Made by a program: the position numbers and the translations under genes. The notes beneath the pieces were generated by a model that made no database searches, had not been told where the DNA came from, and worked only from the letters and a program-made list of their open reading frames with translations. Shown here one piece after another: positions 22,404 through 34,329 of a stretch of 64,000 nt of DNA. Numbering within the stretch: position 1 is the stretch's first letter; each line of letters opens with the position of its first letter. The DNA is taken from the NCBI GenBank assembly GCA_904063045.1, contig CAJFCJ010000006.1:4914408-4978407 (forward strand), written 5' to 3'. Source of the DNA: Dimorphilus gyrociliatus. Its lineage: Eukaryota > Animalia > Annelida.

Positions 22404-25400
22404 TATATATATAGATATATATATACAACTTTTAGAAAACAATATCCAACCAACTGAAGCACCGTAAATATCCTAAAAACGTTCGTACAGTGACTAGGTA
22501 GGGGTGGGTCTCAAGAGTGCAACAAGTTTGCACTTTGGGTAGGGGAGGCGAAAGTCACGTGATAGCCGCCCCTACCCCCTTTTTTCCAGATTCTTCTTCA
22601 GCATTAGCGGCCACCACGTGACGAATCCTGATCGCAAGACGACGACGATCAATAAAAATTAACAATAACAAAACTTAACAAAATCAAAAAAAACCATTAC
22701 ATCTAGTATACCAGAGAGAAATGACAGACTGGAATTTAATTCAATTCCCAACAATATCTCCTATAGTGTATATATATATATATTAAATATAAAATAATAA
22801 ATAATATATTAAATATATATACTATAAAAAAGCATCAATTCTCTTACATAGTTGATATTATTTTGTTTGATTGGTTATACATAACTTAATCCTTTATATA
22901 ACTATTTCTATAGATAGAGTATGTATAATGTATACAGTATACTTCAAAATGAGTAGATGCTTTAAATATAATCCAATAGAATATTTATGGTTGTCATTCT
23001 CTGTAACTCGGGTAACTGGGAAAGATAAAATACAGTTTTTTTATAAATCCTCGAAAAAGGAGAGAAGGTGAACAAAGAAACTTGCCAATCTAATTTTGTG
23101 GTTAACAAAAAACATAAGAATTCTGAAATGTACAGAAACCGCTAAGGAGTTCTTGTTACATCGTGTGGAGATTAGATCCTTTTCTAACTCTTATTACATT
23201 TTTTACAAGATTTTTATTATGTTAAAATTATAGGTACTCTTCCTCATAAAAACCACTTCATTAATATTTTTTTAGACGTAGGATAGAAGGAATGTTGTGA
23301 ATCAATAAATTTGAATCTGTTATTTCTCTCTGATACAACTAAGAATACTTACAAGCTTCTGAAGAGTTTTGTTCTTTAACATAATTAGACGGGAATAAAC
23401 CAATTTTCCCATTTGATTCGCCTTTCCACCAATCAGAGTCTAACTTTTCAATTATTCGAATGACGGAATTCTCAGATAACTCTAACTCATCTCCTTGCCG
23501 AGGTACGTAATCGTATAGTACTACGGCGGTGGTTGGTGCTAATGGGGGATTTTCAACCGGAATTGGATGCGGTGCGGGGGTAGGTTCTCGCGAACTCAAT
23601 GAGGAAGGTGATCTCACGCCCGCAACGTTGTTAGACTGTATGTTGACATACGTTGCCGGAAACCATCCGATTTTTCGATTTTTGGAATCAGTTCCCAATA
23701 TTTCACCTATATTTGCGTGAAATTATATAAATATAATTTTATGTAAACAAAGAGTTTCACGTAGCGTACCTTCCCACCAACCAGAAGGGGATTGCTTTCG
23801 AACTTGAATTAATTGTCCAATTTCGAAGGATAACTGCTCAACTCCTTGGGCTTTAAAAGGTGCAATAGCACAGACTATTTGCTTTTTATTATTTAGTCCA
23901 TCGGCTGACAATTTGCTAACTTCTGGATCCTGAGTTAAATGATTTTCGGCATTTTCATACAATGTCGGCTCTTCTTCAATAGGCTGTACATAGTTGTACG
24001 GAAAGACGCCTGACTTGCTTGGATCGGATTCTTTATAGCCGCTCCACCATTCTCCATTTTCTTTGGTTACAATAATAATCTTGAAGAAAATGATAAAATT
24101 AAAATAGTACTCAATTGTCATACTGTATAAGCTTAAAGTAAATACCTCTCCCTCCGAAAATGCTAAATCACCATCAACCTCACTAGAATAACTGTACGTA
24201 GCTTGGCATCGCGATTTTGTCTCTTGTTCAGTTATGGTTGTCGCTGACTTATCAATAGAAATACTTTTCACATTGTTATCAAAGCTTAGTTTTCTCGTAA
24301 AATTATCAGAAAAAGCTGATCCAAACTCAGAGAAAGATTCTCGTGGTTCTTCTATCAATTCAACAAAATCTTTTGGAAAGATTCCGATTTGTCCTCGAGA
24401 ATTTGTTCCTTTGATCCATGCAGGTTCGACTCCTTGCTGCATATTGTCATCGGCCGTTACAATTTCATCGGCTTGAAGAGTCAATTCGTCGGACTCTCTA
24501 GCTTCAAATGTATGGATAACTCTATACGATCGAGGAGTGGATGAGTTTCTTGGAGCTGTAAAGAATTACAGTTAAATCGTTTTTTTTTCAAGGAGAAATT
24601 TAGAATGAAAACTAATTTGTCTTCTAAGTAAAGAGTTTTTAAAGTTAAAAATAAAAACGAGCTTTCCCCTCTAATTATTATTAGCTCTAACTCTTTCGTT
24701 TTGTCCATTTCCTGTTTCAATAATTGCTATCGAAACCCATCAATTGTCCATTAAGCCAACATAAGCAGGCACACCAAACAAAAGACAAGACTACAAACAT
24801 ATACGAATTATGTACAGTAAATATAAGATTATTTCTTATTTAAAGTACAAGTTCTAAGATATAGCTAATGTTCTTTCTGTGGCATGTAAATTTGAACTGT
24901 TGTTAGTCTTTTCCAGAGATACCTTTAAATTGATCAAAATTTTTTAAATATAGCATAGATTCAAATTAAAGAGAAATATAATTGATTATCCTATATGACA
25001 TTGACCACTTATTTTGTTATTTGTTTCTTTCTTTCCTAAAGTTTAAAACTTAGAATATCAAAGATAAGTAGATTTATTGAACACACAAAACATAGGTTTG
25101 CATCATAAGCGACTATTGCAATATGCAGATGTATCAATACGTAAGGTGAAGTTATATCTTTCGGAAAAGCGTGACCAGATGGTAAGGATAGCAGACTCTT
25201 AACAAATAGTAAAAAATTGCTAGCATATTAATTCAAGTTAAAGAATTAGTTAACTATAGAAGGCTCAACTACTCGCCAAACGGTACCAGAATTTGAAACT
25301 TTTTTTCAAATACACCTGCTTAATATGAGTGGTTTTAGATATATAATGAATAAATAAAAGGAGTGCCAACATGTAAAATGCATTAATATGCTGATTCAAC

Positions 25401-28400
25401 ACGTATAACGCATACCTTCATTTGAATCACGAGTACCAAAAGCCTCAAAAACATTAATCTTTTGATCAGTAGTAGCTGCAAAATTATTATAATTATACTA
25501 GAATCCCTCAAACTGAATTTGTTTTAATTATAATTAAAAGCCAATGATATTAAATTGCGCACCTTTGTTTGAATCAAAAGCATTGCTACTAAAATTTTCC
25601 TTTGCTGAATTTTCTGCAAACACTGCAGCAATAACAAACATTTTTTTTATAGAACTATATAGTCTCAAAAAAAATTAATAAGATATCAATAAGCACCTTC
25701 TTTAGAATCATAATCTGGAAATGGTACAAAAGCATCTGCAATTTTATTGGAAGTTTCTGAAATTTTTAAATGAAAATTTTTTCTATTAATTTTTTTTTAT
25801 AAATGTTTTAATAGAAAGCTTTAATATCGAGTTTTCTTAAATATTCTCTTCTTTTTCAGTGAGTTTTATTATTTAAAGGGTTATTCCGTACCTTTTTTTG
25901 AATCAAAATCAGCAAAAGGCTCAAAGGTATTGTTAGTCTTATCAAATGTAGCTGTAAGAATTTTATAAAATCACAAAAAAATTAATTTAGAATTTTACTA
26001 AAATCATTGTCTTAGTTAATTTATAATTATTCACACCTTCACTTGAATCAAAAGCACCAAAATCTCCAAAAGCATCCGAAGGTTTTGAAAATACGTCTGT
26101 AAATTTTTTTTATATTTAGAAATCTTCAAAGCTAACTTATTGATTATCTGTTTTTATATATACACCGAAAGATAGTATAAATAAACATATTGTGCACACC
26201 ACAAAAGAGGTAAAGACATTACACATTGAACATACAAAACCACTTATATAATTACCAATTATTTTTTTCAACAATCAAACGATTTTTTTTAATACCGTAT
26301 ATAGTTAATATACAGTATATGTCTATCTAATTTTTACAACGCTTACCTTCTTTTGTATGTAGATTATTTAGAGCTTCAAAGCCACTTGGTTTCTTTTCGA
26401 CTTTTACTGTTGATATATACAGAAACGTAAATATGGAAAGATATAATTTTGTTTAATTCTTTTTTAAGATAGAGCTATGAAATGAAATGCATACCTTCAT
26501 TTGGGGCAAAATAACCAAAGGCGTTGAAATCATTAGACTTCTTGCCAGATGCTAAAAGAATTAACGAGCAATGTAACGTATAAGTTTGGATCAATAGTAG
26601 TTTTAGTTTTTCTTTTTTTACTTTTAAAAATAAGAATATTTACCTTTAGACCAAGAAGAATCTCCATTTGACCAATTATTTTTTAACTCTAGAGAATAAA
26701 TTTCATGTGTTATTTAAGTGCTATTTTTTTTAATTATAATATTAGGGGGCTATTATCTAAACGACTAAATACATACTATTTTTGTCAAGTTGGTTTTTCC
26801 ATTCTAACTCTTTAATTTCAACTTCATCTTTCATTTGATTAACAGTTTTCCTATAGCCATCACACTCCGCTTGCTTAGCTCTCAGATCATTTTCTTTCCC
26901 TTCTACTTCTTGTTTCTGTTCAAGGGTCTCCTTCTGGACTGACTGGTATTGCTGTCGAAGTGAATCTACGATCCTTGATTTATCATCTATGCTCTTTTGA
27001 AGGTTAATTATGCCTTCTTGCAAGGAACCTTTTTGTACGGTCACATGACTTTGTAAGGAATATCGCTGCGCTTGTAAGTTTTGTAGCCGCTCCTTAAGCA
27101 CAAAAGTTTCATTCTGCAGGGTGTCAATTTCTCTGACCGTATTATCCCTATATTGCCTCATCTCGTCAATATTGCTCGTAACAATTTGAATAGAATTGTT
27201 GGCTGCCTCTGTCTTTACTCTAGTTTCCATCTTCCTAGCTTCAATACTCTCTAATTCCAGATTGACATTAGCAATATGAGCCTGGAGTTGTTCTAGTGCG
27301 GCTTTTTGTTGTAATTTCTCTGTAAGAAGTTGCTCCGTTCTCTGTCTTTGCCATTCCATTTGTCTTTGTCTTTCCAACTCCTTTCTAGCCGCTTCACGTT
27401 GTTCGATAGCCTATTTAAAAGTAGATGAAATAGATCTCAGAATAAACTCGATTATAAGTCATTAAATTTATACCTTCCGCCTAGCCTCTTCTCTTTCAAG
27501 CTCTAGTTGTCGCTGCATTTGTTGATGCCTTTCAATCTCTTCCATTTTCTTCCTCTCCGCTTCCAATCTTGCACGTTCGATTCTTTCACGCTCTGCCCTT
27601 TCTGCAGCTTCACGCTTTTCATTCTCCATTTGCATTTGTTCACGAAGAGCTGCTCGCCTTTTCTCTAATTCTTCAGCTCCGCGTTCAAAGTTTTGTCGTC
27701 GTTTATCTTCAAAAGATCGAGCAAAGAGAGAATTATCTCCTTTACCGGGTGAGCCTGGTAAAGACGTTAAGTGTCCATCAGACATAAGTATATTTAAAGA
27801 TAACAAATCTTCGGCAAAAAGAATATATTAAGCTAAATATGATTCCCAAAAAAATAAAGTTTCATTTAAAAAATAAAACTAAATAAGCAAATCAATAGTC
27901 GGAAGGGGGAAAGTGAGGATTGGGGATAGTCAAACACAGAGAATATGTATTCAATTTGTAATTTAGAGAATACATTGTCATCGATATACTTTAAAAATTA
28001 ATTTTAAAATAAATTGAATTTAAAAACTATGTGAAAATTTAGAAATCTCATTTGTGCTATCATTCAACGAAATGAAAATAAATTATTAATAAATGAAAAG
28101 ATAAAATAAGCAAAATGTGAAAGAAAAAAAAGCCTGTTGATGTTACATAGCATTGTGAAAATCATATTTTGTTAAGATAAGTTTCTTTTTTTGTTGTTAA
28201 AAAGTTCTACTTAGTGGTAAAAAAAACTACCATTTGGAAAAGCATCAGAAAGCGATCGATATTCGTCAACATGTCCAGAGAAAGCATCAGTACCTGCATG
28301 CAAAAATTATCCCAATAGATGGCAATCACTCTTATTAATTCTTTTGCTACAGTCAGAACTTAGCATATTCTAATAATTGCAATTAGCCCATTTTTTATAA

Positions 28401-29431
28401 TCACATAAATTTTTCATCAAAACATGCAAATCAAGTTCTAGAGATAAAAACAAAAAATAATATACCTGCTGGAGCAGATTGGTCGCTGCCGCTAAGTTGC
28501 TGCATCTTTTGCCTGAAAATTTTTTAAAGATATCTTTTAGATAAATTCAATTCAGTACACAATTAGAAAAATTAAAAGGTTCAAGCAAATAAGCAAAAAA
28601 AGAAATGAACCTATAGGATGGAGGAATTAATTCCGGGGGTAATAGGGAAGGTAAAGCTCCACCGCTCTTTGATATATCCACCAAATGCATAGCAACACAA
28701 AATTCCTCTGACGTTAATTTTCCGTCTTTATCAACGTCTGCCAAGTTCCAAATGTTTGCTAAAATACTTGGAGCTAATCCAGTTTGACTAAGTATCATTC
28801 TCGCTTCCTGCCCATTCAAGTAACCTCTTTTTTGTCTATCATGACCATTGAACTGCTGCTTAAATTTTAGTTTTTGACTAATTGGCCATTCCGATGGAGA
28901 TATCAGAGTAGCTGGAGGGGGTCCAGAAGGGGGTCCAGAAGGAGGTGTAATCGTTGGGCTACTTGTTAGTATTCCACCTTGAACTATGAATGGGCTAGGT
29001 ATTGCAGGTTGTATCGAAGGAGCAAATACGTTATGTAAATTGGGACTTGACCTTCCCAAAGTTTGGAAACCCATAGGAGTGAACCTTCCAGCTTGTGGTG
29101 AGAAGTGTCCGGTTGTATCCTTTTGGAATGAGGGTGAGGGATCAAAAGTCAGCGAAACAGGTAGTTTAGGAGGCAGTTCGGTGCCATTCAATTTCTTTTT
29201 TATCAAGTACATTGCAATGGAAAACTCTTTCTTGTCCATTTTGCCATCTTTATTTATATCCGCCAAGGACCAAATATGACCTAGAACCGAAGGCGGAAGC
29301 GTTGACCTGAGGAAGAATTCTCTAGCTTGTGATCCATTTAGAAACCCATTTACCGGATTAAGATTAGTAAATTGTTCGTCGTGCTTTGCCCTTTCCTCGG
29401 GTGTTATTCGCCACGTTTCACCTATATTCAA
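19893..29431 (-). CDS. ITSN1: Intersectin, long form (EH-EH-coiled coil-mini-exon array-4xSH3-DH-PH-C2); the first coding exon lies upstream (possibly ATG at 30545)
   Basis: WRITPEERAKHDEQF (EH1), KFKQQFNGHDRQKRGYL (EH2), FEDKRRQNFERG coiled coil, SH3 domains, LLKPMQRVTRYPLLI (DH), PH, and DPYCEMSMGSHEQRTKV (C2). Confidence 0.96.
22357..22396. repeat. (TA)n microsatellite in an intersectin intron; similar runs at ~10631-10659, ~11069-11097 and ~11231-11253
   Basis: Directly visible TA runs. Confidence 0.9.
25416..26688 (-). other. Tandem array of eight symmetric phase-1 mini-exons within intersectin
   Basis: Exons 26644-26688 (45 nt), 26495-26551 (57), 26347-26406, 26037-26096, 25892-25951, 25697-25756, 25563-25622 and 25416-25475 (60 nt each), each flanked by AG and GT, open in frame and ending in ...AAG|GT. 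Confidence 0.85.
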
Positions 29432-30545
29432 AAGACTTTTATAGTGACTAGAGGTGTTTGTGACTTCAAATTAAGCATATCAAGCTATATATATATATAT
29501 CTGTTTACGATTTGCACTTTGTCCTAGTTAACAAAAAAAATTTAACCTAATATAACTAAAAAAAAAATACAATGAACTTCGACCGATATTTTCGAATTGT
29601 ATTTAAAATACAAAGGTTATATAATATATGAAATATTGAATAAAAAGTTATTTCTAATGGAGGAAATTGAAAAAAAATTGAGTATTAAACTTATATTTAT
29701 ATAAATAATCCTGATGCAAAAAGAAATAAAAGATAATATTCAATGTCTTTAAAGGAATTTATCTTATATGTTGATTTATATTTAAGATATCAATTAATTT
29801 AAATACTATATAATTAAACATATGATAAAGGATCGTATTAAGGAATATTGTTTTTCAGAAAAGTTAAAACTAAAAATATTTTATCATTTACTCAAAAGAA
29901 TTAAACTACTTTAATAAAAGATCGAATCTTGACAAAAAGAACCGCCTCCAAATTTTTTTTCACAGAAATATAATACTAACCGTTAGCTTAGTATTAGTTC
30001 CAATAGGAGTGACAAAAAAATTTTTGTATTTCAAATCTAATATTTATTAATATGTACTTTTATTTTTGTCTTTATTACAAATGAACTACTTAAATTCTGT
30101 TTCTTTTTAAATATTCTTTAAAATAATGATAAATTGGTTACTATTATATTAGTTAATACGGTTTTAGAGGATAACATATATAAAAATGGAAAGTGACGAC
30201 TACTATACCTGACATTTCTACTCTTTTAATTTCTTAAAGAAGTAAATCTCATTATTTTGACATGCTTGAAATCTGAAAAAGGTTAAAGAGCAAATATAGA
30301 GAAATTGAAGTTAATTAGATTGCTCATAATATTATCAAAAACAACAAATATTCGGCATGGGCGGTAAACGGGAGATGAAAAATGTTCTTAGATAAAAATC
30401 TCTCTTTGAACGTAATTTCTTACTTTCGGGTTTATATATGAACAAATCCAGAAATTTACCTTTGAATAACACGTAATGGAAAATAATTGATAAGTACCCA
30501 ATATTAACAGTTCTTTTATTCCTAATCATACAAAACAGCAGACAT

Positions 30546-30869
30546 ATTGGTTAGTCTGGTTAGCAGTTCATTACGCGACGATAGATTAAAGCTTAGGGGA
30601 GAAAATTTCCAAAGGAAATTGCTCTCTTGTTAAAGCGCCCCCTGTCATATACTTATTTACTTAAATACATTTGGTTGTATTAATATAGAAGAAAAGCACA
30701 CAGTTTTCAATCATTGGCTAAAATTTTTATATAATATAGATGGCGCTATCGTACAACTGAATATATACATTCTTATAATGTTGTAACTCCTTAGAATAGA
30801 ATCTTTATATTTCATACTTAGAAATTCGTCGAATCCTTAACTTTAAATAAATTTTTATATACTATATAC
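30546..30869. promoter_or_regulatory. Probable bidirectional promoter for intersectin (-) and SMIM8 (+), with two CTCF-like motifs
   Basis: GCGCCCCCTGTC (30635-30646), TAGATGGCGCTA (30737-30748) and ATTGG (~30713) between divergent genes. Confidence 0.55.
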
Positions 30870-31192
30870 ATGCCCGCTGATGAAAAGTATAAACCGGGAG
30901 ATGGTTGGAGGAGTATGAAAACTACATCCCTTTTCCGGGCAGCTAACTTTGAATTATATGCAAAAACGGTAAAAATTTAAAAAACCAAATTTATAAACGT
31001 TTATCAAAGTCACATTGTTTGATATTTTTAATTCAGAATCCTGTAACAATGGTTCTAGGCGTAACAGCATTTGTTGGATGTGTAGGATATATAGCATATA
31101 TGAGATTTAAATACGATAAAAGTAATTCATACGCTGCACTCCAAGAAGATGGCTCTTTTATACAGAGGGAACGAAAATCACGTTGGGATTGA
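30870..31192 (+). CDS. SMIM8: Small integral membrane protein 8, 2 exons (30870-30968, 31037-31192); missed by the ORF track
   Basis: MPADEKYKPGDGWRSMKTTSLFRAANFELYAKT|NPVTMVLGVTAFVGCVGYIAYM...ERKSRWD* matches SMIM8 (TTTLFRAVNPELF...RKTSKWD). Confidence 0.92.
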
Positions 31193-32311
31193 AATATAAA
31201 AACAAAGATTAAAAAAGAAGATTGTAAATATAAATAACTTTAAAGATGGAAAAAAATGAATCATAAGTGAAATTTTTAGACTTATTACAGATTTCTCTAT
31301 GTGATATTAAATTTAATTAAATTTCCAGTTGATTTCATATATTAAAGAGAAGCTTTCAAAGGATCGCATTATAAAAATATTTTCTAATAGTGAAAGTACT
31401 ATAAATAATCTAGAATATTTTGCATAGGTGATGATAAAATATCATATTGTTAATCTGAATGATTCAAAACCTAAACGTACATCATAACTTATCAATTCTA
31501 TAAATAGAATATAAATATATATATATATATATGATAAGTAATGAAAAGGAAGCGAAAAGTAGGATTTTTCACAATCTCAATCAACTTTTCCATATATAAG
31601 ATTTAAAAGAGAAGAGGCTTCTTTTTACCAATAGATGGCAATATGAGTAATATACAAACTGAAAATAACTTACTTTAACTTCAGCAGATTCAGTAGATTT
31701 GAAAAGGAAAGTTTTTAACACTTACTCAAACAGAAATACTCTTGAAGTTTTCTTATCTTTTAAAAATTCTTACTCCTTATCAATGCTCTATCATATTTAA
31801 TATTCATATTGATGTGTTCGATAAGCGTTCATCAGGTAATAATAGTATTAATTTAGATAGTTTTAATATCAATTAACTAATAGATATAAATAATTTTTAA
31901 TTATTTGATTATACCAAAGAGTTTTTAAGAATAGTAAAAGATGTCAGAAATTTGAAAAGATTCAAGTATTATTCATTTTAAAGTATAGGATAACATTTTT
32001 TTATTAAGTATTTTTTATTAGTTAGAAGAATCGATTTATAAAAAAAAACGATAATATATCAAATGTTTAACAATAAAAATAAACATTTGTATTGCAATTC
32101 AGGTATTAAAATTTTAAGAAATACAGATATTTGACAATGTTAACTAAAGAGATTTAATCAATTCATATAATATTATGGTAGAAGATGATACGTTGAATTA
32201 AAACATATTTTAAGTGTCATCATCGCATTTGACTAAACTGTCATCTTTCAAGATATGTCTTTTTTTGTAGATATTTTTGTGCGGCTCTTTAAATCCGTCC
32301 GAATAAAAAGT

Positions 32312-33931
32312 ATGGTGTTCAATCGGGGGGCATTTGCCTATTGTGCTACTACTTTTGCTGCAACTTTAATGAATTCAGTCTTTATGTTTTATTATGTAAA
32401 AGTTTTTACAAAGTTATACAATGTTTCAAATTTATGGTTTCAAGTATCTCAAATCATATTCTTAATTTGGAATGCAATTAATGATCCGTTGTTTGGTTAT
32501 ATACAAGATAAAAGTAAATCCAAAATGTTCAAATATAGAAGATTATCAATCTTATACGGAGCTCCATTTTTTGCTTTATCATTTATAATTCCATGGTTTC
32601 CCTGGAGTAATTCCTCAGGGTTAATAACAGGATTACATCTCCTATTTTCTCTATGCTTTTATGATGCATTATTTACATTTGTTCTACTGGCACAATGTGC
32701 ACTATTTAGCGAAATGACAAAAAATCTGGCAGATAAGTTAACTTATATTAGATATGCTCAAATAGCGAGCTTATTTGGATCATCTGCAGTATTCTTTTGC
32801 GATTCAATATCTCAAGGCTTGAAAATATATGAAAGATTTCAATTAATTACTATTCTCATTGGAATAATAGCTTTTATATGCCTTAGATATACAGGATTGA
32901 ATGCTAACAGTAGATATGATTTATCCCAATTATTGGAGAAAGATAGCGAAGAGGAGGAAGAATCTCTTTCTATGATGCAAGCAACAAAACAAATTCTAAC
33001 TAGACCAATGATAACATTTGTCATTATGAACTTTTTTCATGTTTATAGAATGAACTTTGTCTCAAATTTTGCAGTAATAATTTGCGATCAACTTATTAGT
33101 AAGGAGATCTTAAGCAACTTCAATAGAGCATTCTTCTATGGACTATTAAATTTCTTACCTCAAGTCAGTACACACCCTTTTTTCTTTCCACTTCAACTTT
33201 TATAGAAAAACCTTTTATATATAAAGATAATATTTAATCTTTTAATCCTAGCTAATAAGTGCATTGAATTTTCTAGCTATTGCTGATTATTGGTACACCT
33301 CTAATTTCTTCTTTGGGTTATTATAGAATAATTAGGGCAAGTTTTGTAGTGTCTCTTTGTAGTGCTACTTGCCTTTTTATATTAGGAAGAACTAATGTTC
33401 CTGCCCTTATGATATTCTTTTTACTCGAAAGGTAAAATAAATACTTAAACAATGAGTATATTTACAACAAGTTGTTTTATTTTTATACAGTTGTATGATA
33501 AATGGGATGTTTAGCGTTTTCAATTTACCTCTTACTGACGTCATTGAATCTGATCAACGAAACTATAAAAGAAGGTAAGTACTCTTTTCTTATTGGATAT
33601 CTTATAAGCTTAAGATAACATTTTTTATTATTATACTTTTTAAAACAGTCGCCCTTTGTCCTCAATGGTTTATGGTACAAATGCATTACTAACGAAACCA
33701 GCTCAATCATTGGCTCCCATGATTACTGTTGCAATCTTTAATGTCTATGGTTATTCATCGAAAAATAGTGCAAAATCGTCTAACGAACTAAGTGATTCTA
33801 TGTTCTTCGTAACGTGTTCAACATCTGCAATAATATGTGTTTTTCAACTTCTGATTTGGCGATTATATAATATTAGAAACTCTCATAAAAATGTGGATGA
33901 CATTCTTGTTGAATGTCAAAATAATACTTAA
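32312..33931 (+). CDS. MFSD13A: MFS domain-containing 13A / TMEM180-like transporter (alternative in-frame ATG at 32255)
   Basis: IWNAINDPLFG, LSFIIPWFPW, SLCFYDALFTFV and C-terminal SPMSSMVYGTNALLTKPAQSLAP match the TMEM180 family. Confidence 0.88.
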
Positions 33932-34329
33932 AAAATAAAAAGCATGCCAAAGAATAAAAGTATAAATAGAAATTAAAGAGATATTTTTGTCTCGGTTTTT
34001 TTTAATAGTATTGAACTCTCTTTAAGAAAAACCTATTTACGATTCTCCCTCTGTTCCCTACCGAATTACGTAAATTATTTATACACTATCACAAAGAATA
34101 TTTTTGTTCCTTATATTTAGAAGTAGACTTGAAGGCTTTAAAAAATATTTGTTCAATAAACATAGGCTGAGTAATATAACCGATATATTCGGAACCTACT
34201 ACACTTTTCTTTTCTTAAATGTTAAACTATTCAGAAGTGATATTCAATAATACTTCTGTTTAAGCTAGGCTTACTGAAACATAGAATTCATTTCGGGCGG
34301 AACTTTCTTCGAGTGTGCTAGGATCCGCA

